Origin: a virus | Lineage: Duplodnaviria > Caudoviricetes | IMG/VR virus record: IMGVR_UViG_3300033485_000261 | Coordinates: 1 to 27,858 of that record | DNA: 27,858 nt | Direction: 5' to 3' (one strand) | Translations under genes and position numbers: made by a program | The notes under the pieces: generated by a model | Seen by the model: the letters and a program-made list of their open reading frames with translations, nothing else | What the model was told of the DNA's origin: nothing | The model's database searches: none | Shown here: in pieces, positions 25,405 through 27,858 of the stretch | Layout: the number at the start of each line of letters is the position of its first letter | Numbering within the stretch: position 1 is the stretch's first letter

Positions 25405-26180
25405 GCGTGCGGCTAGGGAAGCTCCCGGCACGGTACGACCCCCGGACGATCCCCCTGTCCGCCGTTCTGGCGCGGAGGCTACTGGCAGTTCCCCCCTCGT
25501 GGGACGCGGACAAGGGGCTGCATGACATCCCGGACGGGTCGGACGGTAACGACGAGTACGGCGACTGCGTGATAGCAGCGCAGGCGAAGCAACTCAGGCG
25601 TTTCGAGCGGGCCGAGCACGGACGCTGGCCGAACGTCACGACCAAGGAAATCGTGACCGAGTATCTGCGGCAGACAGGGGGAGCGGACAGCGGCTTGTAC
25701 CTGCTCGATTCCCTGAAGGTCTGGCGCACGAGGGGCTGGGTTGGCGGGGGAAGGCTGGAGAAGATCGCGGCGTTCGGGTCCATCTCCATCGACAACAGCA
25801 CGAAAGCGGCGAGGACTCAGACCCGGTTCGAGTTCAAGGCCGCAATGGCCGGGGGGCTTGGGATCCAGCTAGGCTTCATGTTGCCGATCATCTCGCTGGA
25901 GCAGTTCGACGCCGATAAGCCCTGGAGCGTGGACGGGCACTCTCTGACGGGAAAGTACGCGGTCGGGTCCGCTGGTGGGCACGCGGTCTACGGGCTGAAG
26001 TACGGGCCGGATCAGATCTGGGTGTCCTCGTGGGCGCGAAGGAAGCAGCCTGCGGGGTGGGGGTTTGTCTCCGCCTACTGCGACGAGGCGTTCTGGGTGA
26101 TCGACAGCCTGGACCAGGCGAAGTACCCGATGCTCGACATGGCGCAGTTGGTGGACTACCTGGATATAGCGACCTCGTGA
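25401..26180 (+). CDS. Papain-like cysteine peptidase (259 aa)
   Basis: LGKLPAR.DPR start, GND.YGDCV.AA (Cys), D.G..LLD.L..WR..G, GGHAV....Y (His), SSW, YCDEA. Confidence 0.8.
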   Translation: MSVRLGKLPARYDPRTIPLSAVLARRLLAVPPSWDADKGLHDIPDGSDGNDEYGDCVIAAQAKQLRRFERAEHGRWPNVTTKEIVTEYLRQTGGADSGLYLLDSLKVWRTRGWVGGGRLEKIAAFGSISIDNSTKAARTQTRFEFKAAMAGGLGIQLGFMLPIISLEQFDADKPWSVDGHSLTGKYAVGSAGGHAVYGLKYGPDQIWVSSWARRKQPAGWGFVSAYCDEAFWVIDSLDQAKYPMLDMAQLVDYLDIATS

Positions 26181-26184
26181 CCAC

Positions 26185-26213
26185 TTGCTGGTTCTGCGGT
26201 CGGGCTATATAAT
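26185..26213 (+). promoter_or_regulatory. Sigma70-like promoter TTGCTG-N17-TATAAT giving a leaderless amidase mRNA
   Basis: Consensus -10 in high-GC DNA, 17-nt spacer, ATG 8 nt downstream with no SD; palindrome CTATAT-A-ATATAG at 26205-26217. Confidence 0.75.
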
Positions 26214-26221
26214 ATAGTCGT

Positions 26222-26812
26222 ATGGCAGCCATCACGCCCGTTGGGAACGAACTCGCCAGGCTTTACGCCAAGCGGTTCGGCGCTGCCTTCAGAGATCGCC
26301 GCACCGAACTCTGCTGGAAGTACAAGGTGAGCCCCAACTCCCGGAGGGGCGGGTACGGCTCGGTCAAATACTTCGTTCTGCACCACACAGCGGGTGCGAT
26401 GACGGGCTACAACGCCACCTACGACGGGATCTGGAACCTGCACGTCAATCGCATGGGCTGGAACGCGCCCGGCTACGGGACGTTCGTTCTGCCTGACGGT
26501 ACGGTCGAGCTAGGGATCGGCCCCGAGCACATCACCTGGGGGGTTTGGGGTCGCTACACCGAGGTCTACAACATCTCCACCCCAGGCAACTACCTGCGCG
26601 ACAACCCAACTGCGGCGCAACTGGATGCGATTTACGGCGCGCTCTGCTGCCTGGACGATCTTTACGGAGGGGCTGGCAGACCGTGGAGAGGTCATAGGGA
26701 GGTGACCCTACAGGGCCATGGGACAGCCTGTCCCGGCAGACTCCTGTGGCACCTCGAAAGCATGCGGCGAATAGGAGCCTTGGATCCACGACCGCCGCAC
26801 TATCCGATGTGA
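26222..26812 (+). CDS. N-acetylmuramoyl-L-alanine amidase (Amidase_2/PGRP-like), catalytic domain only
   Basis: VLHHTAG, H...GW...GY..FV.PDG.VE, GNY....PT.AQL.A, GHRE, TACPG (His/His/Cys zinc ligands). Confidence 0.92.
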   Translation: MAAITPVGNELARLYAKRFGAAFRDRRTELCWKYKVSPNSRRGGYGSVKYFVLHHTAGAMTGYNATYDGIWNLHVNRMGWNAPGYGTFVLPDGTVELGIGPEHITWGVWGRYTEVYNISTPGNYLRDNPTAAQLDAIYGALCCLDDLYGGAGRPWRGHREVTLQGHGTACPGRLLWHLESMRRIGALDPRPPHYPM

Positions 26813-26828
26813 GCATTAGGAGGATGAC

Positions 26829-27182
26829 GTGACATCGACAATCCCGGTCCAGATGGAGCAGTTCCTGACGCTGGCACTCGGCGTGGTCTTCGTGACCCAG
26901 TTCTTGAAGTGGCTGGCCGCGAAGCTCAACCTCGTGCCCCTCATTCACGGGAAGGGAGCGGTCGTTGTCTCTGCGGTCGCCTCGGCCCTGTTGACGTTCC
27001 TCGCCTATGCGGCGGGCTGGGTTCCCCTGGCTCTGCCCTCCTGTGCGGCAAACCTGCCGTACGAGTGTGCGAATGACTGGCTGGTCGTCATTGGCGGGGT
27101 GATGGTGCTCGCCAACCTGCTCTACGCTGTCGTGTACACAAGGGTCTTCGAGACCGCCCCGCCTCTGACGAAGCACGGCTAG
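26829..27182 (+). CDS. Probable holin (three TM helices)
   Basis: AGGAGG RBS; hydrophobic helices with VTQFLKW motif; follows amidase. Confidence 0.8.
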   Translation: MTSTIPVQMEQFLTLALGVVFVTQFLKWLAAKLNLVPLIHGKGAVVVSAVASALLTFLAYAAGWVPLALPSCAANLPYECANDWLVVIGGVMVLANLLYAVVYTRVFETAPPLTKHG

Positions 27183-27185
27183 GGC

Positions 27186-27214
27186 TTGGCCTCCTGGCCC
27201 AACGATGCTATACT
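27186..27214 (+). promoter_or_regulatory. Sigma70-like promoter TTGGCC-N17-TATACT with extended -10 (TGn)
   Basis: TGCTATACT at 27206-27214; TTG -35 at 17-nt spacing. Confidence 0.7.
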
Positions 27215-27236
27215 AGGGATACATCGCTTCACCTGC

Positions 27237-27278
27237 AGATCAGGCCCGCTCGCCGCCTTACGAGTGGGCCTGGTTTGT
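27237..27278 (+). terminator. Intrinsic terminator-like hairpin
   Basis: CAGGCCCGCTCG-CCGCCTTA-CGAGTGGGCCTG (12-bp stem, one G-U) followed by GTTTGT; short U-tract. Confidence 0.7.
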
Positions 27279-27303
27279 CTCCCGCGCACTTCTACTGTAC
27301 AAT
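27275..27303 (+). promoter_or_regulatory. Sigma70-like promoter TTGTCT-N17-TACAAT
   Basis: 17-nt spacer; -35 overlaps the terminator U-tract; ATG at 27316. Confidence 0.7.
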
Positions 27304-27315
27304 ACTGAGGGCACA

Positions 27316-27858
27316 ATGGAACTGGCTCTGGGCAAGGCGATCCGTGTTTCGGACATCGGCCTGCAGATCGAGGGGCATATACCGCTGGCGGTATGGCGTC
27401 AGATTGGGGTCGATCTTGCGAAAGCAAGTGTCGGGCTGTCGTGGGCTTGGGGTGATTGGCTGGTGTACGGCGACGACCACTACGGGGAAGATGCTGCCAG
27501 CGCGTACGATCTGTGTGTCGAGTGTACGGGCTGGGCGAGACAGACGGTGATGAACAGAGCTTCGACGAGCCGGGCGTGGCCACCGGACGAGAGGGCCGCA
27601 GGACTCCCTCACTGGATCGGTGAGACCACGGCCCCTTTGGTGAGAGACCCCCGTACTCGTGAGGCTGCGGGCAAGCTGGTAGATGCGGCCATGCGGGGAC
27701 ATTGGACGAGGGAGGATCTACGAGAGGCGGTCTCCCAGGTGCGGGACGTAGTTGAACCGCCGAAGCTCCCGCCGATCCTCCCCGTCATTCGGCCTGCAGG
27801 CCCGAGGGTTTACGAGTTGGCTCACGAGGTCTGCCACGGGGAACTGGAGCAGACGGTC
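27316..27858 (+). CDS. LmbU-family-like DNA-binding protein, truncated by window end (not in ORF track)
   Basis: Manual translation: MELALGKAIRVSDIGLQIEGHIPLAVWRQIGVDLAKASVGLSWAWGDWLVYGDDHYGED...TGWARQTVMNRASTSRAWPPDER...HWTREDLREAV; matches the remembered LmbU pattern GL.I....W...G..L...W..GDWL.YG...YG...TG...QT..N.A...R...W....LR; 181 open codons. Confidence 0.78.
   Translation, partial: MELALGKAIRVSDIGLQIEGHIPLAVWRQIGVDLAKASVGLSWAWGDWLVYGDDHYGEDAASAYDLCVECTGWARQTVMNRASTSRAWPPDERAAGLPHWIGETTAPLVRDPRTREAAGKLVDAAMRGHWTREDLREAVSQVRDVVEPPKLPPILPVIRPAGPRVYELAHEVCHGELEQTV

Larger units (their letters stand above)
1..27858 (+). mobile_element. Tailed phage/prophage late region (head, neck, non-contractile tail, lysis)
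   Basis: Canonical order capsid > adaptor > gp10-like > terminator > tail tube > frameshifted chaperone > tape measure > Dit > hub > lysis; dense single-strand coding with overlapping start/stop codons; no sheath gene seen. Free phage versus prophage cannot be told from this window. Confidence 0.97.

Noticed and set aside
27221-27369. Short direct similarity ACATCG...CCTGCAGATC at 27221-27241 and 27353-27369
   Set aside because: Only 10 contiguous identical bases plus a gapped 6-mer; cannot be told from chance without homologs.
27179-27702. ORF-track calls 27179..27583 (-), 27275..27550 (+), 27292..27702 (-)
   Set aside because: No motifs, overlap promoters and terminator; the frame from ATG 27316 has a recognisable family pattern.
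1-27858. Terminase, portal, integrase, att site, tail sheath, rRNA/tRNA, IS elements
   Set aside because: None recognisable in this window; packaging genes probably lie upstream.

Overview
The whole window is the late (virion morphogenesis and lysis) region of a high-GC tailed phage or prophage with a siphovirus-type gene set, all on the + strand and mostly translationally coupled. Gene order: an unusually long protease-scaffold-capsid polyprotein with extra N-terminal mini-domains; two paralogous probable decoration proteins; head-tail adaptor, HK97 gp10-like and tail-completion genes; a ~6.2 kb island between tail terminator and tail tube (beta-helix protein, repeat protein, Ig-like proteins paired with tiny repeat peptides, two glycosyltransferases); tail tube; a -1 frameshifted tail chaperone; a 2480-aa tape measure whose C-terminal ~60% is ~70-aa repeats; Dit; hub; and a lysis region with three different hydrolases and two holin-like genes. 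At the right end are three sigma70-like promoters, a terminator and an LmbU-like regulator that the ORF track missed. The best candidates for new biology are the glycosyltransferase/appendage island (possible virion glycosylation), the capsid polyprotein whose domains are bracketed by putative cleavage sites, and the separately promoted amidase-holin / small RNA / LmbU end. All family calls come from motif recognition by eye and gene order; no database search was run. The host cannot be determined; the lack of spanins suggests a monoderm host.
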